Below are positions 20,531 through 29,322 of a stretch of 32,000 bases of DNA, piece after piece. The translations under genes were made by a program, and so were the position numbers. Each line of letters starts with the position of its first letter. The first letter of the stretch is position 1. The stretch is taken from assembly GCA_900234795.1 (NCBI GenBank), contig LT962688.1, positions 3,600,001-3,632,000 on the forward strand, written 5' to 3'. The notes under the pieces are model-generated. The model saw nothing but the letters and a program-made list of their open reading frames with translations, did no database searches and had not been told where the DNA came from. The DNA comes from Methylorubrum extorquens (GTDB lineage: Bacteria > Pseudomonadota > Alphaproteobacteria > Rhizobiales > Beijerinckiaceae).

Positions 20531-21004
20531 TCAGAGATCGGTGCCGCTTTTCTTCTCGTCCTTGGACTTTTCGTCCTTGCCGACGGTAATGCGGATGTCG
20601 CGCTTTTCGGTCTCGCCGTCCGCATTCTTGATCTCGACGACGACCCCGTCGGCGCCCGTATAGCCGCTGTTGGGCTGGTAGAAGATCGCCTGAACCTCGG
20701 CGTCCTTGTTGGGGCAGCGGTACTTGGCCGGCGTCTTGAGCTTGCCAGCCTTCGTGATGAGCGAGCCGGATTTGGGCGGCGTCACCACCTTGATCTCGGG
20801 CATCGGGCCAGCCGAGCAATCCTTTTTCAGATTCGGCACGATCACGAGGCGCGCCTGCTTGCCGGCGGGCACGGTCTCGCTCTTGGTGACGGTGGTCTGC
20901 GCGAGGGCGGGCCCGGCGAGACAGAGCCAAGCAGCGGCGAAGGCGGCGGGCAGCGCCGCGATCGGTCCCGTGGATTGTCTCTTGGCAGTGGTCGGCAGAT
21001 CCAT
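20531..21004 (-). CDS. secreted hypothetical protein, 157 aa (Sec signal peptide, two Cys, Lys/Asp/Glu-rich tail)
   Basis: The signal peptide is MDLPTTAKRQSTGPIAALPAAFAAAWLCLAGPALA|QTT. The mature part looks beta-rich and carries 2 Cys (KKDCSAGP, KYRCPNK). The C-terminal tail is GKDEKSKDEKKSGTDL. GC3 bias is good. No family recognised. Confidence 0.65.
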   Translation of the reverse strand: MDLPTTAKRQSTGPIAALPAAFAAAWLCLAGPALAQTTVTKSETVPAGKQARLVIVPNLKKDCSAGPMPEIKVVTPPKSGSLITKAGKLKTPAKYRCPNKDAEVQAIFYQPNSGYTGADGVVVEIKNADGETEKRDIRITVGKDEKSKDEKKSGTDL

Positions 21005-21145
21005 CGGCGTTTCCCTTGAGCGTCGTTCGGGCGACCGGCCGGAGAGCGACTGGGCGCCAAAGAAGATGTGGGGAGGGCGCCGGCTTGCGTCGAGGCTTGC
21101 CCCTTCGAATCTTGCCGAACGAATTTTGCCGAAGGCCGCGCCCGC

Positions 21146-21565
21146 TCAGTGCTGCAGCGCGGCGGCGACCGTGCCGGCCACCCGCGCGATCTGCGCGTCA
21201 TCGAGCTGCCCAGCGAGCGCCTGGGTCAGCGCCTTCTCGACGCGCTCGCGTTCGCCGAGATCGGCGAAGGGTGCGGCCGGAATGTCCGCGTCGCCCAAGT
21301 CGCAGGCGCGGCGGATGGTATCGGCGGCCCTGAGCAGCGTCTCCCGATCGGCCGGGCCCATATCCCAGAGCGGCGCCCGCAGCCGGCTGATGACCCGCCG
21401 CGCGTCCCGGTACTCCCGATCGACCGTGGTCGATGCCTCGATCTGGCTGACGAGGAACATCAATTCCAGAACCTCGTTGGCGGCTTCCGGGCAAGCGCGC
21501 ACGATCCGCATCACGCGGGCGATGAGTTCCTGGGTCGGAGACATCCGGGAGCGAGGGGGGGCCAT
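21146..21565 (-). CDS. hypothetical cytoplasmic protein, 139 aa, predicted all-helical
   Basis: The ATG at 21565 has GAGG 6 nt upstream, with an alternative ATG at 21544. The ORF uses preferred GC3 codons consistently. I recognise no motif. Confidence 0.6.
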   Translation of the reverse strand: MAPPRSRMSPTQELIARVMRIVRACPEAANEVLELMFLVSQIEASTTVDREYRDARRVISRLRAPLWDMGPADRETLLRAADTIRRACDLGDADIPAAPFADLGERERVEKALTQALAGQLDDAQIARVAGTVAAALQH

Positions 21566-21707
21566 GGCGCCTCAACGCCGTTCCGCCGGTAAAGTTCAGC
21601 CCGCATCGGCCGGCCGAAGCGCCGGGGTGGGCCGAAATCCGCGAAGCCAGCCAATGCCTTGCGCACAAGCGAGTTTTCGGGATTCGACGGCGGCACTAGG
21701 CCCCGCC

Positions 21708-22205
21708 TCAGGCGGCCTCGTGATCCGCCTCGTCGAGGCCAGCGAGCAGGGCCCGGCAAGCACGCAGCTCGGCGAGCGCCCCCTCGAGCGCCCGGCGATC
21801 CGAGGCCGCCGCCTCGACGCTTTCCTCGTCCCGGTCGATGCCGGTCGGCGCGCCGACCTCGGCCTCGCCCCGGCCGAGCGCCTGGACGAAGCGCACGCCG
21901 TTCTCCTTGAGGACGCGCTGCGCCCCGCGGATCGTGTAGCCTTTTCCGCGCAGCAGGCAGCTCACGCCCCTGATGAGATCGACATCCTCCGGCCGATAGT
22001 AGCGCCGGCCGCCGGCCCGCTTCGTCGGCTTGATCTGGCTGAACCGGCTCTCCCAGAAGCGCAGGACGTGCTGCGGCACGCCGAGTTCCTCTGACACCTC
22101 GGTGATGGTGCGGAAGGCGCCGGGGCTCTTCTCGCTCCGCTCGTCACCGGTGTGCGAATCGACGGCGGGAGAATCGAGGGCGGGGGATTCCAGCGGCAGT
22201 CCCAT
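21708..22205 (-). CDS. MerR family transcriptional regulator, 165 aa
   Basis: The MerR-type HTH is [48 protein letters not shown]. It sits immediately downstream of ihfA, as is usual in alphaproteobacteria. The ATG at 22205 has GAGG 8 nt upstream. Confidence 0.85.
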   Translation of the reverse strand: MGLPLESPALDSPAVDSHTGDERSEKSPGAFRTITEVSEELGVPQHVLRFWESRFSQIKPTKRAGGRRYYRPEDVDLIRGVSCLLRGKGYTIRGAQRVLKENGVRFVQALGRGEAEVGAPTGIDRDEESVEAAASDRRALEGALAELRACRALLAGLDEADHEAA

Positions 22206-22258
22206 GGCAGCGCCTCAAACCAGATTGTGCGGGAGAGGACCGGGCCGGCTTGGCCGGG

Positions 22259-22585
22259 TCACTCGTCCTCATCCATGTCGAGCCCATTGACGTGGCCGCC
22301 ATTGATGCGGGCCTTGAGCACGTTCGAGGGCTTGAACACCATCACCTGCCGCGGCTCGATCTCGACCTCGACACCGGTCTTCGGATTGCGGCCGATGCGC
22401 TTGCCCTTGGAGCGCACGACGAAGGAGCCGAACGAGGACAGTTTCACCGTCTCGCCCGAGGATAGGCACGTGCAGATCTCGGCAAGCACCGTCTCGACCA
22501 GCGCGGCCGATTCGGCCCGTGACAGACCGACCTGCTGGTAGACGGCCTCGCTCAAATCTGCGCGTGTGACCGTCTTGCCCGCCAT
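22259..22585 (-). CDS. ihfA: integration host factor subunit alpha, 108 aa
   Basis: It begins [34 protein letters not shown] and contains [23 protein letters not shown], the canonical IHF-alpha/HU fold with the beta-arm proline. Confidence 0.95.
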   Translation of the reverse strand: MAGKTVTRADLSEAVYQQVGLSRAESAALVETVLAEICTCLSSGETVKLSSFGSFVVRSKGKRIGRNPKTGVEVEIEPRQVMVFKPSNVLKARINGGHVNGLDMDEDE

Positions 22586-22715
22586 CCGCTCCCCCTTCCG
22601 GCCGAGTTGCTCGACATCCGTGCCATCCTTCTCAGGACGTACGGATGCAGCCTCCGCTCAAATGCCGTGCGGGTTCCCCGACAAAGGATCCCGCCGTGTA
22701 TCTCTATGATCGAAC

Positions 22716-22744
22716 ACGCTAATCGGCTGAGGGGCGACGGTCAA
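22716..22744 (-). promoter_or_regulatory. candidate sigma70-type promoter for ihfA (TTGACC-N17-TAGCGT) overlapping inverted repeat GTCAAC-N11-GTTGAC
   Basis: On the minus strand TTGACC is the reverse complement of 22739-22744, followed by a 17-nt spacer and TAGCGT (reverse complement of 22716-22721). The inverted repeat GTCAAC (22740-22745) / GTTGAC (22757-22762) overlaps the -35 element. This is a pattern match only. Confidence 0.25.
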
Positions 22745-22793
22745 CAGAACCTTACGGTTGACAGGAGGCTAGGCTCGTTCCGACGCTCATCGC

Positions 22794-23774
22794 CTACCAG
22801 CGGATGAGCGCGGCGCCCCAGGTGAACCCGCCGCCGATCGCCTCGATCATCACGAGGTCGCCTTCGCGGATGCGCCCGTCGCGGCGGGCGGCGTCCAGCG
22901 CCAGGGGAATCGAGGCGGCCGAGGTGTTGCCGTGCCGATCGACGGTGAGCACCACCTTTTCGCGGGCGATGCCGAGCTTGTCGGCCGAGGCTTCGATGAT
23001 CCGGCGATTGGCCTGGTGCGGCACGAACCACGCGAGGTCGTCGGCGGTGGTGCCAGAGGCGCGGAAGGCATCCTCGATCACATCGGTCACTGAGCCGACC
23101 GCGAAGCGGAACACCTCGCGCCCCTCCATGCGCAGCTTGCCGGTGGTGCCGGTCGAGCCGGGTCCGCCATCGACGTAGAGCTTGGCCCGGTGGCGCCCAT
23201 CCGAGCGCAGGCAGCTCGAGAGCACGCCGCGGTCGGCACTCGTGCCCTCGCCCTCGCGTGCCTCCAGCACGATGGCCCCGGCACCGTCGCCGAACAGCAC
23301 GCAGGTGGTGCGGTCCTCCCAGTCGAGCAGCCGCGAGAAGGTCTCGGCGCCGATGACGAGGGCGCGCTTGGCGCCGCCCGTCGTCAGGAAGCGGTCGGCG
23401 GTGGCCACCGCGTAGACGAAGCCGGCACAGACCGCCTGGAGGTCGAAGGCAAAGCCGCCCTCGATCCCGAGCGCCGCCTGGATCTGGGTGGCGGAGGAGG
23501 GGAAGGTGTGGTCGGGCGTCGAGGTCGCGCAGATCACGAGATCGATATCGGCGGGCGAGAGCCCGGCATCGTCGAGGGCCGCCATCGCCGCGCGGGTGCC
23601 GAGCACCGAGGTCGTCTCGTCGGCGCGCGCGATGTGGCGCTGGCGGATGCCGGTGCGCTGGACGATCCACTCGTCGGAGGTTTCGATCCCGCGTTCGGCG
23701 AGATCTGTGTTCGTGACGACGGTCTCGGGCAGATACGCCCCGCAGCCGACCACGACGGAGCGCGCATGCGCCAT
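22794..23774 (-). CDS. fabH: 3-oxoacyl-ACP synthase III, 326 aa
   Basis: The catalytic triad contexts are present: AVCAGFVYA (Cys), VPHQANRRI (His) and GNTSAASIP (Asn). Confidence 0.95.
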   Translation of the reverse strand: MAHARSVVVGCGAYLPETVVTNTDLAERGIETSDEWIVQRTGIRQRHIARADETTSVLGTRAAMAALDDAGLSPADIDLVICATSTPDHTFPSSATQIQAALGIEGGFAFDLQAVCAGFVYAVATADRFLTTGGAKRALVIGAETFSRLLDWEDRTTCVLFGDGAGAIVLEAREGEGTSADRGVLSSCLRSDGRHRAKLYVDGGPGSTGTTGKLRMEGREVFRFAVGSVTDVIEDAFRASGTTADDLAWFVPHQANRRIIEASADKLGIAREKVVLTVDRHGNTSAASIPLALDAARRDGRIREGDLVMIEAIGGGFTWGAALIRW

Positions 23775-23807
23775 CAGATCCGTCCCTTTCTCACTTCTGT
23801 GCCCGGC

Positions 23808-24866
23808 TTACTTCTCGACCAAGCCGGTTTCGAGCCCGGCGGCGACCGCCGGCGTCTGCTCCAGCATATCCCGGATCGTCCGCATCAGGTCGTAGCGCGC
23901 CATGTCGTAGGCAAGATCGACGGCGGCCGCGAAGCCCTGAGCGTTCTCCGAGCCGTGGCTCTTGATGACGATGCCCTCCAACCCGAGGAACACGCCGCCA
24001 TTGGCCCGGCTCGGGTTCATCTTCTCGCGCAGGGCCGCGAAGGCTTGGCGCGCGAACAGGTAGCCGATCTTGGCCGAGAGGGTCCGCCCCATCGCCGCCT
24101 TGAGATAGGAGGCGATTTGTTTGGCCGTGCCCTCGGCCGTCTTGAGGGCGATATTGCCGGTAAATCCTTCCGTCACCACGACATCCGTGGTGCCGCGGCC
24201 GAGATCGGTGCCCTCGACGAAGCCGTGATACGTAAAATTGGGCAGCTCCGACTCGCGCAGGAGCCGGGCGGCCTCCTTCACGGCCTCGTTGCCCTTCATC
24301 TCCTCGGTACCGACATTGAGCAGGCCGACCGTCGGGCGCTCGACGTCGAGGACGATCCGGGCCATGGCCGAGCCCATCACCGCCATTTCCACGAGATGCT
24401 CGGCATCGGTGCCGATGGTGGCGCCGACATCGAGCACCACGCTCTCGCCGCGCACGGTCGGCCACAGGCAGGCGATGGCCGGGCGCTCGATACCGGCCAT
24501 GGTCTTGAGGCAGATCTTCGACATCGCCATCAAGGCGCCGGTGTTGCCGGCCGAGACCGCGGCCTGGGCCTCGCCGTCGCGCACCGCCTGGATCGCCCGC
24601 CACATCGAGGACTTGCCCCGGCCCTGGCGCACCGCCTGGCTCGGCTTGTCGTCCATGGCAATCGAGACGGTGGTGTGGCGGATCTCGACGGCGCCCTTCA
24701 GGCGCGGCTCGGCCTCGACGAGGGGGCGCACCACCGCCTCGTCACCGAACAGGATGAAGTGGAGCTCGGGGTGCCGCTCACGGGCGATGGCCGCACCGGG
24801 CACGACGGTCGTGGGGCCGTGATCGCCGCCCATGGCGTCGAGCGAGATGCAAACGCGGTTCGACAT
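23808..24866 (-). CDS. plsX: phosphate acyltransferase PlsX, 352 aa
   Basis: It has [12 protein letters not shown] near the N-terminus and full-length PlsX-like sequence, and lies upstream of fabH. Confidence 0.95.
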   Translation of the reverse strand: MSNRVCISLDAMGGDHGPTTVVPGAAIARERHPELHFILFGDEAVVRPLVEAEPRLKGAVEIRHTTVSIAMDDKPSQAVRQGRGKSSMWRAIQAVRDGEAQAAVSAGNTGALMAMSKICLKTMAGIERPAIACLWPTVRGESVVLDVGATIGTDAEHLVEMAVMGSAMARIVLDVERPTVGLLNVGTEEMKGNEAVKEAARLLRESELPNFTYHGFVEGTDLGRGTTDVVVTEGFTGNIALKTAEGTAKQIASYLKAAMGRTLSAKIGYLFARQAFAALREKMNPSRANGGVFLGLEGIVIKSHGSENAQGFAAAVDLAYDMARYDLMRTIRDMLEQTPAVAAGLETGLVEK

Positions 24867-25030
24867 GGTTCCTTCGGGGCGCCGCGGGACAAGCCGGCGG
24901 GCAGCGAGCGTGAAGGGGCATCACAGGCCCCGGAATCGGCGGCGCAAAATAGCGGCAGCGCCCCGCCGGGCAAACAAAAACTCACCCATCGTCGTGATCA
25001 GGCCCGCCGGAAGGCTGGCGGGCTCGTCCA

Positions 25031-25549
25031 TCAACCCTTGTCCCCACCGAGCTTGGCCCGCAAAGCCGCCAGATCGGAGAACGGCAACGGATCCTCGCCG
25101 ACCGTGACCGCATCGAAGGCGACGCCGGGCTTGCGCGGATAGGGATCGAGGCCGAGCGCCAGGAATTCCGCGGTCAGCACGCCGAAATCGACGCGCCCGT
25201 TCACGATCGGATCGGGGAGGTCGACATCCTCGGCGTCGGTGCCCTCCAGGATGTCGGCATTGGTAAAGTCGACCTCGACGGGTTCAGAGACCTTCGCCTC
25301 GAAGGGCTCCAGCGTCACGGTGCAGACCTGGGTCACCACGGCCTCGACCCGGCCCTCGGCGTGCAGCCGGGTCAGCGAACCGGTCAAGGTGAAGCGGCCG
25401 ACGAGGTCGCGGATGGCGGGGACTTTGAAGTCGCGGGCCAGCGCCTCGCACTCGGCCGGATTCGCCTCCACGACGATCTCGGCGCGGTCTTTGGGCAGGC
25501 GCTCGACGTTGACGGAGCGGGAGAGCGGCCCCGCGGGCTTCGGCGTCAT
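25031..25549 (-). CDS. YceD/DUF177 family protein, 172 aa
   Basis: Its size, acidic composition and position upstream of plsX are typical of DUF177. Its ATG overlaps the stop of the upstream gene (ATGA at 25546-25549). Confidence 0.78.
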   Translation of the reverse strand: MTPKPAGPLSRSVNVERLPKDRAEIVVEANPAECEALARDFKVPAIRDLVGRFTLTGSLTRLHAEGRVEAVVTQVCTVTLEPFEAKVSEPVEVDFTNADILEGTDAEDVDLPDPIVNGRVDFGVLTAEFLALGLDPYPRKPGVAFDAVTVGEDPLPFSDLAALRAKLGGDKG

Positions 25550-26112
25550 CGATGGTCTCCTGAATTCTCTGTCGCGGCCGCGCCGACGGGCTCGGGGAAG
25601 CGCGGCCCCTCGCCGAGCAGGCCGTCGAGATCTTGGGCTCCCAGCGCGGCGGCGGCGGCCTCGACATAAGATGCCAGCGGCCCGGCCGCCTCGGGTTCGA
25701 CGCCGTCGAGGACGTTGCGAGCGAGTGTTTCGGCCAGCCCGGTCCGGTCGCCCGCATCGAGCGCGGTGCCGTAGGCTCCGGCCCGGGCATAGAACGAGGC
25801 ACCGAGTTTCTTGATGCGCTTGGGCACGCCCATGTCGCCGATGCCGAGTTCACGCAGCGAAGCGTCGAGCTGCATGAAGACGGAATCGACCAGATCCTGC
25901 GCCACGTCCCCCGCCGGCGGCGGCAACTGGCCGAGGCGGCGCAGCACGAGGATCACATGCAGGCTCAACGCTTCGAACCGGCCCTCCACGGTGTCGGGCA
26001 CGCCGAGCGCCGTATAGAGGCCGGGCCGGCGCGCGGCCTCGCCGATCGTCCGATGCAGCGATTGGATCGTCCGCCGCCGCCGGTCGGCGCGACGGAATAA
26101 GCCCGCGATCAT
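25546..26112 (-). CDS. ubiquinol-cytochrome c chaperone (Cbp3-like) family protein, 188 aa
   Basis: The ATG at 26112 opens MIAGLFRRADRRRRTIQSLHRTIGEAARRPGLYTALGVPDTVEGRFEALSLHVILVLRRL and continues to DLVDSVFMQLDASLRELGIGDMGVPKRIKKL, matching my memory of this bacterial family. The track ORF extension to 26346 looks non-coding. Confidence 0.7.
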   Translation of the reverse strand: MIAGLFRRADRRRRTIQSLHRTIGEAARRPGLYTALGVPDTVEGRFEALSLHVILVLRRLGQLPPPAGDVAQDLVDSVFMQLDASLRELGIGDMGVPKRIKKLGASFYARAGAYGTALDAGDRTGLAETLARNVLDGVEPEAAGPLASYVEAAAAALGAQDLDGLLGEGPRFPEPVGAAATENSGDHR

Positions 26113-26269
26113 ACGTTCCACCGGATGTGCCGACGCTGTGGCCAAGCTTGCCTTGTCAAAGCCATAACCCCGCGGTACGGCAACCGCGGACCAGGGTGCA
26201 AGTCCGAAGACGCGCGAGTTGAAACGCGCCGCGGATGAAGACCCTTTTGGCTGGAAATCAGGGGGGCCG

Positions 26270-26767
26270 ATGTCGCGCCGTCTCGTCTCGTCGCTTGCCC
26301 GCGCGGCCGTTCTCGGCTCCGTCGCGATCGGCGTATCAGGCTGCATCGGCGAGGATATCCGCCACGGCTATCAGATCGATCAGGCGGCTCTGGCCACGGT
26401 GAAGCCGGGCATGGGTGCCGAACAGGTGCTGCAGATCCTCGGCACCCCGTCCACCGTCTCCACGGTCGGCAACAAGTCCTGGTACTACATCAGCCAGAAC
26501 ACCCGCCGCACGGTGATGTTCCTCGGCGAGCAGATCGAGGACCAGAAGGTCACGGCGGTCTACTTCAACCAGGGCATGAAGGTGGAGCGCGTCGCACTCT
26601 ACGGTCTGCAGGACGGGCGCGTGTTCGACTTCATCGAGCGCACGACGCCGGCCAGCGGCTCCGACCGCGCCTTCATCAGCCAGCTCTTCCGCGGCCTGAC
26701 CCGCTACGAGCCGTTCGGCAGCGGCGCCGGCGCCTCGGTCGTCCCCGGCGCCCGCGCCGGTCAGTAA
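26270..26767 (+). CDS. bamE: outer membrane protein assembly factor BamE (SmpA/OmlA lipoprotein), 165 aa
   Basis: The ATG at 26270 has GGGGGG upstream. The lipobox is AIGVSGC. The core GMGAEQVLQILGTPSTVSTVGNKSWYYIS is typical of BamE/OmlA. Confidence 0.8.
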   Translation: MSRRLVSSLARAAVLGSVAIGVSGCIGEDIRHGYQIDQAALATVKPGMGAEQVLQILGTPSTVSTVGNKSWYYISQNTRRTVMFLGEQIEDQKVTAVYFNQGMKVERVALYGLQDGRVFDFIERTTPASGSDRAFISQLFRGLTRYEPFGSGAGASVVPGARAGQ

Positions 26768-27432
26768 GAGCGTCCGGGCGGGCCCACCAGGGCCCGCGCC
26801 ACCGCACCCGGCTCGGCGAACAGGAAGGCCGGACGCGTACCGGCCAGGGCCTCGGGGCTGTTGTAGCCCCAGACCACCGCGGCGAAGCCGCATCGAGCCT
26901 GCGCCGCCGCGTCCGCGTCGCGGATCTCGTCGCCCACCGCCAGCATGGCAGCCGGTTCGACGCCACCTGCCCGCGCAACCGTGCGCAGGTGGCGCGCCTT
27001 GCCGAACAGCGAGGCACCGCAGGCATAGTGCCGGATGAATCCGGCCGACGCGCCGAGAGCGCAGCGCACATTCGCCTCGCTGTTGGAACTCACGACAGCG
27101 AGCGTGAACCCCGCCGCATCGAGCCCCGCGAGCATCTCCGGAATGCCGGAAAACAGCCGCAGCTGAGGAGCGTCGCGGGTCGCGAGCGCGCGCATGTGAC
27201 GGGCGATCAGCGGGACCTTCCAGGCGGGAATGCCGAGATCCTTCAGGATCGCCCGGGCGCTCAGGCCCCGTAGCCGCTCGGTCTCGCCCGCCTCGACCTG
27301 GCGGAAGCGGTAGCGCGCGGCCACGTCGTTGAGGTTGGCGCAGAACCAGGGAAAGCTGTCGGCGAGCGTTCCGTCAAAGTCGAAGGCGACGAGGCGGTAG
27401 GGAGCGACCGCCGCGGCGCCCTCCGGGGTCAT
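26761..27432 (-). CDS. HAD family hydrolase (phosphoglycolate phosphatase-like), 223 aa
   Basis: HAD motif I is VAFDFDGTLADS, motif II is VVSSNS, and motif IV is VGDEIRD. The start is the ATG at 27432. Its 3' end overlaps the bamE stop by 7 bp (convergent). Confidence 0.8.
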   Translation of the reverse strand: MTPEGAAAVAPYRLVAFDFDGTLADSFPWFCANLNDVAARYRFRQVEAGETERLRGLSARAILKDLGIPAWKVPLIARHMRALATRDAPQLRLFSGIPEMLAGLDAAGFTLAVVSSNSEANVRCALGASAGFIRHYACGASLFGKARHLRTVARAGGVEPAAMLAVGDEIRDADAAAQARCGFAAVVWGYNSPEALAGTRPAFLFAEPGAVARALVGPPGRSY

Positions 27433-27479
27433 GACGCTCACGGGATCGGGCACCTCCAAGACGCGGGCCTGCAAGACAG

Positions 27480-27515
27480 CGGAAGGCGGCCCCGCTTGCG
27501 CGAGGCCGCCTTCTG
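27480..27515 (-). terminator. strong hairpin (10-bp perfect stem GAAGGCGGCC/GGCCGCCTTC, extendable to 12) between the OYE reductase and HAD genes
   Basis: The arms are at 27482-27491 and 27504-27513 with a 12-nt loop. On the minus strand the hairpin is followed by CUGUCUUGC and lies 39 nt after the reductase stop. The U-tract is imperfect. Confidence 0.45.
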
Positions 27516-27553
27516 TATTCGATCGCTCAGTGCGGCCAGAGGCCGATTCCGAC

Positions 27554-28642
27554 TTATGCCGCCTTCTGCGTCAGCGCCGGGTAATCGACGTAGCCTTCCG
27601 GCCCCTGGCTGTACCAGGTCTTCATGTCGTCCTTGGCGAAGGGCAGGCCCTTGGCGATGCGGTCGACCAGATCGGGGTTCGCGATGTAGGGTCGGCCGAA
27701 GGCGATGGCATCCGCCTCGCCCGAGGCCACCGCTTGCTTGGCACGCTCGCCGTCATAGTCGCAGTTCAGGATGACCGGACCGCCGAAGCGCTCCTTGATG
27801 ACGGGAGCCACCGGCGCCACCGTCGCCTTGCCGAACGTGCCGTCCGGGCCCGGCTCGCGCATCTCGATGAAGGCGAGGCCGACGCGCTCCATCATCTCGG
27901 CGGCAAGCCCGAAGACCTCGTGCGGGTTGGAATCGTCCACGCCCTGGATCGGGCCGTTGGGCGAGAAGCGGATGCCGGTGCGGTCCGCGCCGACGACGCC
28001 GGCCACCGCCTGCGCCACCTTGGTCACCAGCCGAACCCGGTTCTCGACCGAGCCGCCGTAGCGGTCGCTGCGCTTGTTGCTGCCGTCGCGGATGAACTCG
28101 TCGAGCAGGTAGCCGTTCGCCGCGTGGATCTGCACGCCGTCGAAGCCCGCCGCGACGGCGTTGCGCGCGGCCCGCTCGTAATCGGCGATGAGCCGGGGGA
28201 TCTCGTCCTCGCGCAGGGCCCGCGCCTGGCTGTAGGGCTTCTTGCCGTCGTAGGTGTGCGCCTCGTCCGGCGCCGTGGCGACCGAGGGGGCGACCGGCGG
28301 CTCGCCGCCGAGGAAGTCGGAATGGACGAGGTAGCCCATGTGCCAGAGCTGGCAGACGATGCGCCCGCCCGCCTCGTGCACGGCCTTCACCACCGGCTTC
28401 CAGGCCTCGGTCTGCTCATCGGACCAGATGCCCGGCGCGTAGGGCCAGCCGAGGCCTTCCTGGCTGATGCCGGTCGCCTCGGAGATGATGAGGCCGGCCG
28501 TCGCGCGCTGAGCGTAATACTCTGCCATCACCGGCGTCGGAACGTGGGTCCGGGTCGCGCGGGCGCGGGTCAGCGGGGCCATGAGAATTCGGTTCGGCAG
28601 CTTCAACGCGCCGAGCGTGATCGGGTCAAAGATTGAGGGCAT
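27554..28642 (-). CDS. NADH:flavin oxidoreductase / alkene reductase, Old Yellow Enzyme family (NemA-like), 362 aa
   Basis: The ATG at 28642 opens MPSIFDPITLGALKLPNRILMAPLTRARA. It also has the QIHAANGYLLDEFIRDGSNKRSDRYGGS OYE signature. Confidence 0.9.
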   Translation of the reverse strand: MPSIFDPITLGALKLPNRILMAPLTRARATRTHVPTPVMAEYYAQRATAGLIISEATGISQEGLGWPYAPGIWSDEQTEAWKPVVKAVHEAGGRIVCQLWHMGYLVHSDFLGGEPPVAPSVATAPDEAHTYDGKKPYSQARALREDEIPRLIADYERAARNAVAAGFDGVQIHAANGYLLDEFIRDGSNKRSDRYGGSVENRVRLVTKVAQAVAGVVGADRTGIRFSPNGPIQGVDDSNPHEVFGLAAEMMERVGLAFIEMREPGPDGTFGKATVAPVAPVIKERFGGPVILNCDYDGERAKQAVASGEADAIAFGRPYIANPDLVDRIAKGLPFAKDDMKTWYSQGPEGYVDYPALTQKAA

Positions 28643-28785
28643 TCGATACTCTGTCGGGAGGGAGCGGCTCTCGAAAACGCTGCGCGGCAGGTGCCGAAGC
28701 CGCCTTCGGGTGGGCTGAACCTTGTGTCTAGCCGCCCGGTTCGCCAGTGCGCTGGCGCACCTGCGCTGCGGCGCACAAGCCAACG

Positions 28786-29322
28786 TTACCCGTCCGTCAG
28801 TGCCTTCTCGTAGCACCACGCCTCCATGCCATCCTCGTAGTAGTCCGGCTTGATCCCGGTGCGTGCATAGCCGCCCCGCTCGTAGAGCCGGATGCCGCCG
28901 CCGTTGTCGGCCCGCACCTCCAGGCGCTGCCGCTCGCAGCCATGGGTGCGGGCATCGGCTTCCGCGGCCTGCAGAAGCTTGCGCCCGAGCCCGAGGCCGG
29001 CGCGGGCGGGCGCGACGGCGAGCGACGAGAGCCGGGCGACGCGGCTGGTGCGCCGCCGCTCCGTCGTGGCAGCCCCGACGAGGATCTCGACCTCGCCGCC
29101 CTCCGCCGGCTCGCGCGCGACGGCGACGAGGAGCGTCATGCTGACCGAGCGGATCGCGTGGCGGATCGCCCGCCGTTCGGCCCGGTCGGTGGTGAAGGCG
29201 GCGTGTTCGAGCGAGACGAGCGCGTCGAGATCGGCGAGCCGGGCCGGCCGGATCTCCACCGGCACGCGGGCGGCGACGCGCTCGCTGCGGGTGCTCACGC
29301 GACGCTCCAGGGATAGGACCAT
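28786..29322 (-). CDS. GNAT family N-acetyltransferase, 178 aa
   Basis: The acetyl-CoA binding motif is LAVAPARAGLGLGRKLL, with a C-terminal LYERGGYARTG. The ATG at 29322 overlaps the upstream gene by 28 bp. An alternative GTG at 29298 forms a GTGA overlap with that gene's stop. Confidence 0.8.
   Translation of the reverse strand: MVLSLERRVSTRSERVAARVPVEIRPARLADLDALVSLEHAAFTTDRAERRAIRHAIRSVSMTLLVAVAREPAEGGEVEILVGAATTERRRTSRVARLSSLAVAPARAGLGLGRKLLQAAEADARTHGCERQRLEVRADNGGGIRLYERGGYARTGIKPDYYEDGMEAWCYEKALTDG

Noticed and set aside
24867-25030. Expected rpmF (L32) between DUF177 and plsX, as in many bacteria
   Set aside because: The 164-bp gap has no ORF of suitable size or sequence on the minus strand. 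It contains only a hairpin (GCCCGCC...GGCGGGC) and a T-rich patch. rpmF is presumably elsewhere, as is common in alphaproteobacteria.
23190-25142. 650-aa plus-strand ORF over fabH/plsX. The same applies to the other long antisense ORFs: 110-1525(+), 382-1863(+), 4403-5863(-), 10565-12040(+), 13371-14150(-), 14090-15166(-), 15322-16971(+), 16827-17747(+), 17871-18656(+), 18649-20379(+), 20706-22094(+), 27431-28636(+), 29424-31067(+)
   Set aside because: All lie opposite genes with strong homology signatures, and several span gene boundaries. They have low-complexity R/A/G/P-rich translations and the wrong codon-position GC pattern.
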